From Escherichia coli (lineage in GTDB: Bacteria > Pseudomonadota > Gammaproteobacteria > Enterobacterales > Enterobacteriaceae): DNA of 64,000 nucleotides. Location of the stretch: the NCBI RefSeq assembly GCF_050920415.1, contig NZ_CP169309.1; one strand, written 5' to 3'. The notes below the pieces were generated by a model, which worked only from the letters and a program-made list of their open reading frames with translations, ran no database searches and was not told the DNA's origin. Shown here one piece after another: positions 38,688-58,089 of the stretch. Position 1 is the stretch's first letter, and each line of letters opens with the position of its first letter. A program made the translations under genes and the position numbers.

Positions 38688-40193
38688 TTACGACGCCAGC
38701 GACAACCTCTGCTGCGTATACTCCCCTAGCCACTGACTCACACGGGATTGTTGCTGCGCATTCAGCCACATGCCTTGTTTTGTGCGACGCCACAGGGCAT
38801 CGTCGGCGCGGCGGACCCATTCGTGATCCACAAGGTATTTCAGCTCCGCTTCGTAGAACTCATGACCGAAATCCTCCCCAAGATCGCTTACCGCCCCCGC
38901 ATTGCCGAGCAGCAGCTCGCTGTTGCTGCCGTAAGTGCGCGCGTAGTGACGTGCCAGCGATTCAGTCAGGAACGGGTAACGGCGGCGCAGGCGGGCGGCA
39001 TAATCGTCGCGATCGCCTTCAATGGCACCACCCGGCAGCACGCTCTCTTTCGTCCACGCCGGGCCAATGCCCTGATAATACGGCGTCAGTTTTTCCAGCG
39101 CGTGCTCCGCCAGTTTGCGGTAGGTGGTCAGCTTACCGCCGAATACCGATAACAGCGGAGCTTTGCCGTTTTCATCATGGATATCAAGGGTGTAATCACG
39201 GGTAATGGCCTGCGGCGAATCAGATTCATCATCACACAGCGGACGCACACCGGAGTAGGTCCAGACGATATCGTCCCGGCTTAACTGCTTTTTAAAGTGC
39301 GTGTTATACACTTTCAGCAGGTAATTGATTTCACTCTCTTCAATCTTCACTGCTTTTGGATCACCTTTGTATTCCACATCGGTGGTGCCGATGATGGAAA
39401 ACTCGTCCATCCACGGGATCACGAAGACAATACGTTTATCTTCGTTTTGCAGAATGTAGGCTTGCTTCTGGGTATGCACACGCGGCACGACAATATGGCT
39501 GCCTTTGATCAGGCGAATGCCATAAGGTGAGGGTAGATGCATCCCGTCGTCGAAGAACTGCTTCACCCACGGGCCGGTGGCGTTCACGAGGCCGCGCGCT
39601 TGCCAGCTATATTTTTTGCCGGTATCGATATCTTCCGCTTCCACAATCCACAGGCCGTTTTCGCGGCGAGCAGAAGTGGCACGAGTACGGGTAAGCACTT
39701 CACCGCCTTTACGCACCACCATCTGGGCGTTGGCGAGTACCAGACGGGCGTCGTCTACCCAACAGTCGGAATATTCGAATCCGCGCTTAATTTCCGGTTT
39801 TAACACTGAATTTGCGCCAAAACGCAAACCGGTTGATCCCGGCAGGCTGGTGCGTTTACCCAGATGATCGTACATAAACAGACCAATACGGATCATCCAC
39901 GCCGGACGCAGATGCGGGCGATGCGGCAGGCGAAAACGCATCGGGAAAGCGATATGGGGAGCCATTTTCAGCAACACTTCACGTTCAGCCAGCGCCTCGC
40001 TGACCAGGCGGAATTCATAGTGCTCAAGGTAGCGCAGGCCACCATGAATGAGTTTTGAACTGGCGGAAGAGGTCGCACAAGCGAGATCCTGCGCCTCCAG
40101 CATCAGCACGGATAAACCGCGTCCAGCGGCGTCTGCCGCGATACCAGCACCATTGATGCCGCCACCTATCACAATCAGATCTTTGGTTTCCAT
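38688..40193 (-). CDS. glpD: Aerobic sn-glycerol-3-phosphate dehydrogenase
   Basis: Internal start METKDLIVIGGGINGAGIAADAAGRG (FAD-binding motif) within ORF 38688..40208; 501 aa. Confidence 0.96.
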   Translation of the reverse strand: METKDLIVIGGGINGAGIAADAAGRGLSVLMLEAQDLACATSSASSKLIHGGLRYLEHYEFRLVSEALAEREVLLKMAPHIAFPMRFRLPHRPHLRPAWMIRIGLFMYDHLGKRTSLPGSTGLRFGANSVLKPEIKRGFEYSDCWVDDARLVLANAQMVVRKGGEVLTRTRATSARRENGLWIVEAEDIDTGKKYSWQARGLVNATGPWVKQFFDDGMHLPSPYGIRLIKGSHIVVPRVHTQKQAYILQNEDKRIVFVIPWMDEFSIIGTTDVEYKGDPKAVKIEESEINYLLKVYNTHFKKQLSRDDIVWTYSGVRPLCDDESDSPQAITRDYTLDIHDENGKAPLLSVFGGKLTTYRKLAEHALEKLTPYYQGIGPAWTKESVLPGGAIEGDRDDYAARLRRRYPFLTESLARHYARTYGSNSELLLGNAGAVSDLGEDFGHEFYEAELKYLVDHEWVRRADDALWRRTKQGMWLNAQQQSRVSQWLGEYTQQRLSLAS

Positions 40194-40226
40194 GCTGCCC
40201 TCATTCACTTTCGTTAAAGCTCATAA

Positions 40227-40244
40227 ATGTTCGTTATCGAACAT
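40227..40244. promoter_or_regulatory. GlpR operator (palindrome) in the glpD/glpE divergent control region
   Basis: atgttcgttatcgaacat, a perfect inverted repeat of the TGTTCG..CGAACA type, about 35 bp upstream of the glpD start. Confidence 0.65.
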
Positions 40245-40304
40245 ATTAGCAAAGAATCGCGCTTTGGGTAACATTGAAAAAACATTTTAGAGTGATATGT
40301 ATAA

Positions 40305-40709
<405 letters not shown>

Positions 40710-40741
40710 CGCTTTATACTGTCCCCTTTTGTGTGGAATAA

Positions 40742-41584
<843 letters not shown>

Positions 41585-41600
41585 TTCCAGGGATTTATAA

Positions 41601-42359
41601 ATGAAACAAACACAACGTCACAACGGTATTATTGAACTGGTTAAACAGCAGGGTTATGTCAGCACCGAAGAACTGGTGGAACACTTCTCCGTCAGTCCGC
41701 AGACTATTCGTCGTGACCTCAACGAGCTGGCGGAGCAAAACCTGATCCTGCGTCACCATGGCGGCGCGGCACTGCCTTCCAGTTCAGTTAACACGCCGTG
41801 GCACGATCGTAAGGCCACCCAGACCGAAGAAAAAGAGCGTATTGCCCGCAAAGTGGCGGAGCAAATTCCTAACGGCTCGACGCTATTTATTGATATCGGC
41901 ACCACGCCGGAAGCGGTGGCGCACGCGCTGCTTAATCACAGCAATTTGCGCATTGTGACCAACAATCTCAACGTCGCTAACACGCTGATGGTAAAAGAAG
42001 ATTTTCGCATCATTCTTGCAGGTGGCGAATTACGCAGCCGCGATGGTGGGATCATTGGCGAAGCGACGCTCGATTTTATCTCCCAGTTCCGCCTTGATTT
42101 CGGGATTCTGGGGATCAGCGGCATCGATAGCGACGGCTCGCTGCTGGAGTTCGATTACCACGAAGTTCGCACCAAACGCGCTATTATTGAAAACTCGCGC
42201 CACGTTATGCTGGTTGTCGATCACTCGAAATTTGGCCGTAATGCGATGGTCAATATGGGCAGCATCAGCATGGTCGATGCCGTCTACACCGACGCCCCGC
42301 CACCAGCGAGCGTGATGCAGGTGCTGACAGACCATCATATTCAGCTGGAGCTGTGCTGA
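41601..42359 (+). CDS. glpR: Glycerol-3-phosphate regulon repressor (DeoR family)
   Basis: 252-aa ORF starting MKQTQRHNGIIELVKQQGYVSTEELVEHFSVSPQTIRRDL. Confidence 0.95.
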   Translation: MKQTQRHNGIIELVKQQGYVSTEELVEHFSVSPQTIRRDLNELAEQNLILRHHGGAALPSSSVNTPWHDRKATQTEEKERIARKVAEQIPNGSTLFIDIGTTPEAVAHALLNHSNLRIVTNNLNVANTLMVKEDFRIILAGGELRSRDGGIIGEATLDFISQFRLDFGILGISGIDSDGSLLEFDYHEVRTKRAIIENSRHVMLVVDHSKFGRNAMVNMGSISMVDAVYTDAPPPASVMQVLTDHHIQLELC

Positions 42360-43929
42360 TCCTGCACGGCTTCCCACGTCAGACCAAAACGCGCCAGGTA
42401 TTTGCGTAGCCGATCCGCGTCGTTGACGCTGGCTTTGCCCTGGCGCGAAACATCAAAGAGTTCACGCCCGGCAGCGGAAAGCGATTTTGCCTGACGGCAG
42501 ATAGCGATAACGTGTTCCAGTTGCAGCCGATCAAAGAGGTCGATGTTTTCCGCTTCAGCGCCCAGTAGCTGTGTAAGCACGGAAGGGCGGCTCTCCTGCC
42601 AGTTATAGCGCAGACGGTTTATCTCATCTTCTACGGTTTCAAGGGTGATACGCCCACTATCGGCAAACGTCGCCATGCGTGTGACGCTGGCAGAAAGCTC
42701 GCGAAAGTTACCGCGCCATGTTGCCTGGGGAGATGTCGCAAAGGCCAGCCAGGCGCGCCTCGCTTCGGTGTTAAAACGCACGCTGTCGCCGGTGAGTGAG
42801 GCGTGGCGCTCCACTTCATAATCCAGGTTCGGTTCAATATCTTCCTGGCGCTGGCGTAGCCCCGGCAGGGTGAAGGTCCAGAGATTGATCCGCGCGTACA
42901 GGTCTTCGCGAAATTTGCCTTCGGCAACCAGCTGACGCAAATCGCGCACCGTTCCGGCGATCAGCTGAAAATCACTGCTCACCTGGCGATCGCTACCAAA
43001 CGGGTAAAAGGTTTTCTCTTCAATGGCTTTCAGCAACATCGCCTGTTCGTCTGCGCCCAGTTCGCCAATCTCATCAAGAAACAACATGCCACCGTTGGCG
43101 CTGCGTAATAATCCTTCACGAGATTCCCGCGCCCCGGTGAACGCGCCTTTCACATGACCAAACAGCGCGGACATGGCGGTATCGCCACGCAGAGTGGCGC
43201 AGTTCACTTCCACAAACTCGCCGCTAAACTGATGCCTCGCCTGTTTTAACTCGAAGATGCGTCGTGCCAGAAACGACTTTCCCGCACCGGTTGGGCCGTT
43301 GAGCAGGATCGGCGCGCGGGATCTAATCGCCACTTTTTCGATCTGCTCAATCATGCGGTTGAAATGGGAGTTACGCGTGGCAATGCCGGATTTGAGGAAA
43401 TCGAGGGTTTGCTGGCGTTCTTCGGCAAAGCGGCTGGCAATAGCGTTATAACGGCTTAAATCGAGATCGATAATCGTCACCGCACCAGGGCTGTTGGGCT
43501 GTTCTTTTTTACGCGGTGGCGAAGATTGTATTAACCTGGCGGGCAGGTAACGCGCTTCCGCCAGCAGAAACCAGCAAATCTGCGCGACGTGGGTACCGGT
43601 GGTGATGTGAATTAAATAGTCTTCTTTATCAGGTTCGAACGCGTAACCACGGGCGAAATCATGCAGGCAGGCGTAAACCTCCTCGAAATCCCACGGGTTA
43701 TGCAGTTCAATCTCAACGCTCACCACTTCTGTTTCTGGCGAAACATTGGCGATATCGCGTTTAAGCGTTTCAAACAGCGAGCGTCGTGCAACAATTCCAG
43801 TCGATTGATGACTAACGATTCTTGCTGACATAGACAGAGTGACGGACGCCATTTCGACCATCGCTGACTGCCGCGCCCGGCATAATCCAGTACGGTGCCG
43901 ACAAAGCCAAAAGCCACTGTTTTACGCAT
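42341..43929 (-). pseudogene. rtcR: Sigma-54-dependent activator RtcR, apparently frameshifted near codon 50
   Basis: A 69-aa ORF (43720..43929, MRKTVAFGFVGTVLDYAGRGSQRW...LELLHDAR) carries the RtcR N-terminus; the rest (…RSLFETLKRDIANVSPE…, AAA+ GPTGAGKS, C-terminal HTH) continues in another frame as ORF 42341..43861. Confidence 0.7.
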
Positions 43930-44063
43930 CTTAGATATCCTTATAAAAGACGATATTTCATTATCGGTAAATTGGCTTCGTGGAAAATCTCCGTTTACGG
44001 ACTGGAAGATTTTATCTATTTAAAAACAATGAATTAAAAAATTAATCTGCTTATTTAATTTTC

Positions 44064-44079
44064 TGGCACGACGGTTGCA
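44064..44079 (+). promoter_or_regulatory. Sigma-54 (-24/-12) promoter of rtcBA
   Basis: TGGCACgacggTTGCA matches the RpoN consensus TGGCAC-N5-TTGCA, about 40 bp upstream of rtcB. Confidence 0.8.
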
Positions 44080-44117
44080 ATTATCAGGACAGCAAACAAC
44101 GAAAAGAGAAAAACAAA

Positions 44118-45344
44118 ATGAATTACGAATTACTGACCACTGAAAATGCCCCGGTAAAAATGTGGACCAAAGGCGTGCCGGTAGAGGCCGATGCGCGTCA
44201 GCAACTTATTAATACGGCGAAGATGCCGTTTATTTTCAAACATATTGCGGTAATGCCGGATGTACACCTGGGTAAAGGTTCCACCATTGGTAGCGTGATC
44301 CCAACCAAAGGAGCGATTATTCCGGCGGCGGTGGGGGTAGATATCGGTTGTGGAATGAACGCACTGCGAACTGCGTTAACGGCGGCTGACCTGCCTGAAA
44401 ACCTGGCGGAGCTGCGTCAGGCGATTGAAACTGCCGTGCCGCACGGACGTTCCAATAATCGTAGCCGTCGTGATAAAGGCGCATGGGAGCATCCGCCTGT
44501 TAACGTCGATGCTAAATGGGCCGAGCTGGAAGCTGGTTATCAGTGGTTAACGCAAAAATATCCGCGTTTCCTTAACACTAATAACTATAAACATCTGGGA
44601 ACGCTGGGAACGGGTAACCACTTTATTGAAATCTGCCTTGATGAGTCGGACCAGGTGTGGATTATGCTGCACTCCGGTTCACGCGGAATTGGTAATGCCA
44701 TCGGGACTTACTTTATCGATCTGGCACAAAAAGAGATGCAGGAAACGCTTGAAACGTTGCCATCGCGTGACCTGGCGTACTTTATGGAAGGTACGGAATA
44801 CTTTGATGATTACCTGAAAGCGGTGGCCTGGGCGCAGCTTTTTGCCAGCCTTAACCGCGATGCGATGATGGAAAATGTGGTAACGGCGTTGCAGAGCGTT
44901 ACGCAGAAAACGGTAAGACAGCCACAAACGCTGGCGATGGAAGAGATCAACTGTCACCACAACTATGTGCAAAAAGAACAGCACTTTGGCGAAGAGATCT
45001 ATGTGACGCGTAAAGGCGCGGTGTCTGCGCGTGCTGGTCAATATGGAATTATTCCCGGTTCGATGGGGGCGAAAAGCTTTATTGTCCGTGGGCTGGGAAA
45101 TGAAGAGTCGTTCTGTTCGTGCAGCCACGGTGCCGGGCGGGTAATGAGCCGTACTAAAGCGAAAAAACTGTTCAGCGTGGAAGATCAAATTCGTGCCACC
45201 GCGCATGTGGAATGCCGTAAAGATGCCGAAGTGATCGACGAAATCCCGATGGCGTATAAAGATATCGACGCGGTGATGGCGGCACAAAGCGATCTGGTGG
45301 AAGTTATCTACACCCTGCGTCAGGTGGTGTGTGTAAAAGGATAA
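44118..45344 (+). CDS. rtcB: RNA-splicing ligase RtcB
   Basis: 408-aa ORF starting MNYELLTTENAPVKMWTKGVP, recognised as RtcB. Confidence 0.96.
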   Translation: MNYELLTTENAPVKMWTKGVPVEADARQQLINTAKMPFIFKHIAVMPDVHLGKGSTIGSVIPTKGAIIPAAVGVDIGCGMNALRTALTAADLPENLAELRQAIETAVPHGRSNNRSRRDKGAWEHPPVNVDAKWAELEAGYQWLTQKYPRFLNTNNYKHLGTLGTGNHFIEICLDESDQVWIMLHSGSRGIGNAIGTYFIDLAQKEMQETLETLPSRDLAYFMEGTEYFDDYLKAVAWAQLFASLNRDAMMENVVTALQSVTQKTVRQPQTLAMEEINCHHNYVQKEQHFGEEIYVTRKGAVSARAGQYGIIPGSMGAKSFIVRGLGNEESFCSCSHGAGRVMSRTKAKKLFSVEDQIRATAHVECRKDAEVIDEIPMAYKDIDAVMAAQSDLVEVIYTLRQVVCVKG

Positions 45345-46364
<1,020 letters not shown>

Positions 46365-46376
46365 TGCAGAGATGTA

Positions 46377-46402
46377 AGCCGGATCCGACGTATTATCCGG
46401 CT
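46377..46402. terminator. Hairpin between the convergent rtcA and malT genes (putative bidirectional terminator)
   Basis: agccggat-ccgacgtatt-atccggct, an 8-bp stem, in the 42-bp gap between the two stop codons. Confidence 0.45.
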
Positions 46403-46406
46403 AAAC

Positions 46407-49118
<2,712 letters not shown>

Positions 49119-49654
49119 TCACTTCACTGTGGAAAATGAGGAAATATTATTTTTTTTGCGCTTCGTAATTAATGGTTATAAGGTCGGCCAGAAACCCTTC
49201 TAATGCAAGCGATGACGTTTTTTTATGTGTCTGAATTTGCACTGTGTCACAATTCCAAATGTTTATTAACAACTCACCTAATAACGACGCTGATGCAGCG
49301 AGAATACTGGGTTTTACGGTATTTTCCTCATGTTCATCAGTTTCATTTAAGCAAGGGAGTCTTCTCAATTCCTGATGAAAGAGCCATCTAAAAAGAGGAT
49401 CTTAATAAACCTATTAAGAATGAGATGGAGCAAACTGGATGTTTTACTTATGAAACTGTTTCACTCCTTTACTTAATTTATAGAGTTACCTTCCGCCTTT
49501 TGAAAATACACAACGGCCATTTTTTGCACTTAGATACAGATTTTCTGCGCTGTATGGCATTGATTTGCTGCTAATCCTGTGGATTGCACTAGGTTTAAGT
49601 GGTCGAGATCACATTTCCTTGCTCATCCCCGCAACTCCTCCCTGCCTAATCCCC

Positions 49655-49668
49655 CGCAGGATGAGGAA
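49655..49668 (+). promoter_or_regulatory. MalT box in the malPQ promoter
   Basis: gcaggatgaggaag contains GGATGA (MalT box consensus GGA[T/G]GA), about 75 bp upstream of malP. Confidence 0.45.
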
Positions 49669-49711
49669 GGTCAACATCGAGCCTGGCAAACTAGCGATAA
49701 CGTTGTGTTGA

Positions 49712-52129
<2,418 letters not shown>

Positions 52130-52138
52130 GGAAGCTCG

Positions 52139-54223
52139 ATGGAAAGCAAACGTCTGGATAATGCCGCGCTGGCGGCGGGGATCAGCCCCAATTACATCAA
52201 TGCCCACGGTAAACCGCAGTCGATTAGCGCCGAAACCAAACGGCGTTTGCTTGACGCGATGCATCAACGTATCGCCACGAAAGTGGCGGTAACGCCAGTC
52301 CCGAATGTCATGGTCTATATCAGCGGCAAAAAAATGCCGATGGCGGTGGAGGGCAGCGGCGAGTATAGCTGGCTGCTGACCACTGAAGAAGGAACGCAGT
52401 ACAAAGGCCATGTAACGGGGGGCAAAGCGTTCAATTTACCGACGAAGTTGCCGGAAGGTTATCACACGTTGACACTCACCCAGGACGACCAGCGCGCGCA
52501 TTGTCGGGTGATTGTCGCCCCGAAACGCTGTTACGAACCGCAGGCGTTGCTGAATAAACAAAAACTGTGGGGCGCCTGCGTCCAGCTTTATACGCTGCGA
52601 TCGGAAAAAAACTGGGGTATTGGGGATTTTGGCGATCTCAAAGTGATGCTGGTGGATGTGGCAAAACGTGGCGGGGCTTTCATCGGTCTGAACCCGATTC
52701 ATGCGCTCTATCCGGCAAATCCGGAAAGTGCCAGTCCGTATAGCCCGTCTTCTCGTCGCTGGCTAAATGTGGTTTATATCGACGTTAACGCCGTCGAAGA
52801 TTTCCATCTTAGCGAAGAGGCTCAGGCCTGGTGGCAGTTACCGACCACGCAACAGACGCTGCAACAGGCACGGGATGCCGACTGGGTCGATTACTCCACC
52901 GTTACTGCGCTGAAAATGACAGCATTGCGGATGGCGTGGAAAGGTTTTGCGCAACGTGATGATGAGCAGATGGCCGCGTTTCGCCAGTTTGTTGCAGAGC
53001 AGGGCGACAGCCTGTTCTGGCAGGCGGCGTTTGACGCGTTACATGCCCAGCAAGTGAAAGAAGACGAAATGCGCTGGGGCTGGCCTGCATGGCCAGAGAT
53101 GTATCAGAACGTGGATTCACCAGAAGTGCGTCAGTTCTGCGAAGAACATCGTGATGACGTCGATTTTTATCTCTGGTTGCAGTGGCTGGCTTACTGCCAG
53201 TTTGCCGCCTGCTGGGAGATAAGCCAGGGCCATGAAATGCCGATTGGCTTGTACCGTGATCTGGCGGTTGGCGTAGCAGAGGGTGGAGCAGAAACCTGGT
53301 GCGACCGGGAGTTGTATTGCCTGAAAGCGTCGGTGGGCGCACCGCCGGATATCCTCGGCCCGTTGGGGCAGAACTGGGGATTGCCGCCGATGGATCCGCA
53401 TATCATCACCGCGCGTGCCTATGAACCGTTTATCGAGCTGTTGCGTGCCAATATGCAAAACTGCGGCGCGTTGCGAATTGACCATGTGATGTCGATGCTG
53501 CGTTTGTGGTGGATACCGTATGGCGAGACGGCAGATCAGGGCGCGTATGTTCACTATCCGGTAGATGATCTGCTCTCGATTCTGGCACTCGAAAGTAAGC
53601 GCCATCGCTGCATGGTGATTGGTGAAGACCTCGGCACTGTACCGGTAGAGATTGTCGGTAAACTGCGCAGCAGCGGTGTGTACTCCTACAAAGTGCTCTA
53701 TTTCGAAAGTGACCACGAGAAGACATTCCGCGCGCCGAAAGCGTATCCGGAGCAGTCGATGGCGGTTGCGGCGACACACGACCTGCCTACACTGCGTGGC
53801 TACTGGGAGAGCGGGGATTTAACACTGGGCAAAACGCTGGGGCTGTACCCGGATGAAGTGGTATTGCGCGGTCTGTATCAGGATCGCGAACTGGCGAAGC
53901 AAGGGTTACTGGATGCACTGCATAAACATGGTTGCCTGCCAAAACGTGCGGGGCATAAGGCATCGTTAATGTCGATGACGCCGATGCTTAATCGTGGTTT
54001 GCAACGTTATATCGCTGATAGTAACAGTGCTCTGTTAGGGCTACAGCCAGAAGACTGGCTGGATATGGCCGAACCGGTAAATATTCCCGGAACCAGTTAC
54101 CAGTATAAAAACTGGCGACGTAAGCTTTCTGCAACGCTTGAGTCGATGTTTGCCGATGATGGCGTGAACAAGTTGCTGAAGGATTTGGACAGACGGCGCA
54201 GAGCGGCTGCGAAGAAGCAGTAG
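52139..54223 (+). CDS. malQ: 4-alpha-glucanotransferase (amylomaltase)
   Basis: 694-aa ORF starting MESKRLDNAALAAGISPNYINAHGK, recognised as MalQ. Confidence 0.97.
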   Translation: MESKRLDNAALAAGISPNYINAHGKPQSISAETKRRLLDAMHQRIATKVAVTPVPNVMVYISGKKMPMAVEGSGEYSWLLTTEEGTQYKGHVTGGKAFNLPTKLPEGYHTLTLTQDDQRAHCRVIVAPKRCYEPQALLNKQKLWGACVQLYTLRSEKNWGIGDFGDLKVMLVDVAKRGGAFIGLNPIHALYPANPESASPYSPSSRRWLNVVYIDVNAVEDFHLSEEAQAWWQLPTTQQTLQQARDADWVDYSTVTALKMTALRMAWKGFAQRDDEQMAAFRQFVAEQGDSLFWQAAFDALHAQQVKEDEMRWGWPAWPEMYQNVDSPEVRQFCEEHRDDVDFYLWLQWLAYCQFAACWEISQGHEMPIGLYRDLAVGVAEGGAETWCDRELYCLKASVGAPPDILGPLGQNWGLPPMDPHIITARAYEPFIELLRANMQNCGALRIDHVMSMLRLWWIPYGETADQGAYVHYPVDDLLSILALESKRHRCMVIGEDLGTVPVEIVGKLRSSGVYSYKVLYFESDHEKTFRAPKAYPEQSMAVAATHDLPTLRGYWESGDLTLGKTLGLYPDEVVLRGLYQDRELAKQGLLDALHKHGCLPKRAGHKASLMSMTPMLNRGLQRYIADSNSALLGLQPEDWLDMAEPVNIPGTSYQYKNWRRKLSATLESMFADDGVNKLLKDLDRRRRAAAKKQ

Positions 54224-54267
54224 AGAGCGGTTGATGCCGGATGCGATGCATCCGGCAGTCAGTGTTA

Positions 54268-55584
54268 TCAAATCACCATATTCAGCAGCAGACAGCCTAC
54301 CAGACCGCACACCGAGATAATGGTTTCCAGCATCGACCAGGACTTGATGGTCTCGCCGATAGTCAGGTTAAAGTACTCTTTGAACAGCCAGAAGCCCGGA
54401 TCGTTCACGTGAGAGAAAATCACACTACCGGAACCAACCGCAATAACCATCAGTTCCGGGCTAACACCCGTCGTTGCAATTAGTGGTGCCGCGATACCCC
54501 CCGCAGTGATTGCCGCAACGGTTGCGGAACCCAGCGCGATACGCAGTACGGCGGCAATCGACCAGGCCATCAGCAGCGGAGAAATGTTGGTTTCGTGCAT
54601 CATGGAAGCAATGTATTTGTCCACGCCGCTGTCTACCAGCACCTGCTTGAACGCACCGCCACCACCGATGATCAACAGCATCATCGCGATGATTTTGATG
54701 GAAGAAACCAGCGTGTCGTTAATCTGATCCATTGAACGACCACGGTTCAGACCAAAGGTGAACATCGCAATCAGCACGGCAATCAGCGTTGCCATTACCG
54801 GGTCACCGAGGAACTCCGCCACCGGCAGGAAAGCGTGACCTTTCGGCAGGATCATTTCGGCAATTGCACGCATCGCCATCAGCACAACCGGCACCAGAGA
54901 AGTCCAGACGCTGACGCCAAAGCTTGGCATCTCTTCTTCGCTGAAGGTTTTCGCGCTGTACAGACCTTCCGGGATTGGCTTATCGATACCTTTCAGCACG
55001 CGAGCGTAAACCGGACCCGCGAGAATAACGGTCGGGATTGCCAGAATAGTTCCGTACAGCAGGGTCTTACCCATATCGGCATTGAAAATGGTGGCAATCG
55101 CAGTTGGGCCCGGATGTGGCGGCAGGAAGCCGTGGGTCACAGACAGCGCAGCCGCCATTGGTACACCAACATACAGCAGCGGAATATTCGCGGAAGCCGC
55201 GATGGTAAACACCAGCGGCAGCATTAGCACGAAGCCCACTTCATAGAACAGGGCAAAACCGACAGTAAAACCGGTTAAAACTACCGCCCATTGGATGTGT
55301 TTTTTACCAAATTTGGCAATCAGCGTGGTGGCGATACGTTGTGCACCACCGCAGTCTGCCAGCATTTTGCCCAGCATCGCGCCAAAACCCATGATCAGGG
55401 CAAGGCTACCGAGCGTCCCGCCGACACCAGCTTTGATGGAGCCAATAACTTTATCCAGCGGCATTCCCTGCATTAATCCAACAGCAAGCGCCACGAGGAC
55501 GAGAGCGATGAATCCGTTCATTTTGAAGCGGATCATCAGGAGCAACAACAAGATTACACCGATAGCAACAATGACTAATGGCAT
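54268..55584 (-). CDS. gntT: High-affinity gluconate transporter (GntP family)
   Basis: 438-aa multi-TM ORF starting MPLVIVAIGVILLLLLMIRFKMNGF, recognised as GntT. Confidence 0.95.
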   Translation of the reverse strand: MPLVIVAIGVILLLLLMIRFKMNGFIALVLVALAVGLMQGMPLDKVIGSIKAGVGGTLGSLALIMGFGAMLGKMLADCGGAQRIATTLIAKFGKKHIQWAVVLTGFTVGFALFYEVGFVLMLPLVFTIAASANIPLLYVGVPMAAALSVTHGFLPPHPGPTAIATIFNADMGKTLLYGTILAIPTVILAGPVYARVLKGIDKPIPEGLYSAKTFSEEEMPSFGVSVWTSLVPVVLMAMRAIAEMILPKGHAFLPVAEFLGDPVMATLIAVLIAMFTFGLNRGRSMDQINDTLVSSIKIIAMMLLIIGGGGAFKQVLVDSGVDKYIASMMHETNISPLLMAWSIAAVLRIALGSATVAAITAGGIAAPLIATTGVSPELMVIAVGSGSVIFSHVNDPGFWLFKEYFNLTIGETIKSWSMLETIISVCGLVGCLLLNMVI

Positions 55585-55725
55585 GATTTACCTGGCCTTT
55601 CATTTGTTATGGGTAACGTCAATTTTCTGACGACAAACTCTAATTATCCCAATCGGGAACAGAGATATTGCGGCACCACGACTGATACCCACTAAAACTA
55701 ATTATTGTAGTCAGATGTCAGGAGT

Positions 55726-55760
55726 ATGTTTGGTACCCACGTGAATGATACGGGTAACAT
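55726..55760. promoter_or_regulatory. GntR operator(s) in the gntT promoter
   Basis: atgtttggtacccacgtgaatgatacgggtaacat contains inverted ATGTTAC / GTAACAT-type half-sites like those upstream of gntK. Confidence 0.55.
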
Positions 55761-55881
55761 CTGGCGTTTGAGAATCACCAGAGCGGGGTAAATTTAAATT
55801 ATGAGAGGTTGGTCATATTATCGCGGGGAAACGTATGGACTGGATTTGCCGAGGCAATGTAGCGCCAACGCCTGGCAGACG

Positions 55882-55913
55882 GCCCGATAAGACGCTTTAG
55901 CGTCGCATCGGGC
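55882..55913. repeat. REP-like element
   Basis: gcccgataagacgctttagcgtcgcatcgggca, a REP variant with the same inverted-repeat architecture. Confidence 0.55.
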
Positions 55914-55935
55914 AATCTATAAAAGAGAGGATAAC

Positions 55936-56511
55936 TTAGTAGTAAGAGTGTTCGCCGCGCTGGTGTTCGGTGAGATCGCGTACACCTTTCAGCTCCGGGA
56001 ATTCGTTCAGCAGCTGCTTTTCGATCCCTTCTTTCAGCGTCACATCGACCATTGAACAACCGTTACAACCGCCGCCAAATTGCAGAATGGCGTAACCGTC
56101 TTCGGTGATTTCCATCAGCGAAACGCGACCACCGTGACCGGCAAGCTGTGGGTTGATCTGCGACTGCAGCATATACTCCACGCGCTCCATCAGCGGCGCA
56201 TCGTCAGCTACTTTGCGCATTTTGGCGTTTGGGGCTTTCAGCGTCAGCTGAGAACCCAACTGGTCGGTAACAAAGTCGATCTCTGCATCTTCCAGGTAAG
56301 GCGCGCTTAACTCATCAACATACGCGGTCAGCAGGTCAAATTTCAGGGCAGTGTCGGTGGCTTCCACAGCGTCCGGCGGACAATAAGAAACACCACATTC
56401 AGCGTTAGGCGTGCCAGGGTTAATCACAAATACGCGGATTTGTGTCCCTTCTTCCTGATTTGCCAGCAGTTTGGCAAAGTGCGCTTGTGCAGCATCGGAA
56501 ATACGGATCAT
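55936..56511 (-). CDS. nfuA: Fe-S cluster carrier protein NfuA
   Basis: 191-aa ORF starting [16 protein letters not shown] with C-terminal CxxC (GGGCNGCSM); recognised as NfuA. Confidence 0.95.
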
Positions 56512-56569
56512 AGTAATGGCCTAATAGTTGACTATTTTAGTTGGTTATAATACGCCCATCATCGAGGCT

Positions 56570-57271
<702 letters not shown>

Positions 57272-57272
57272 A

Positions 57273-58061
<789 letters not shown>

Positions 58062-58089
58062 ACAGCTGTTGAAATGGCGAGACAGAACT

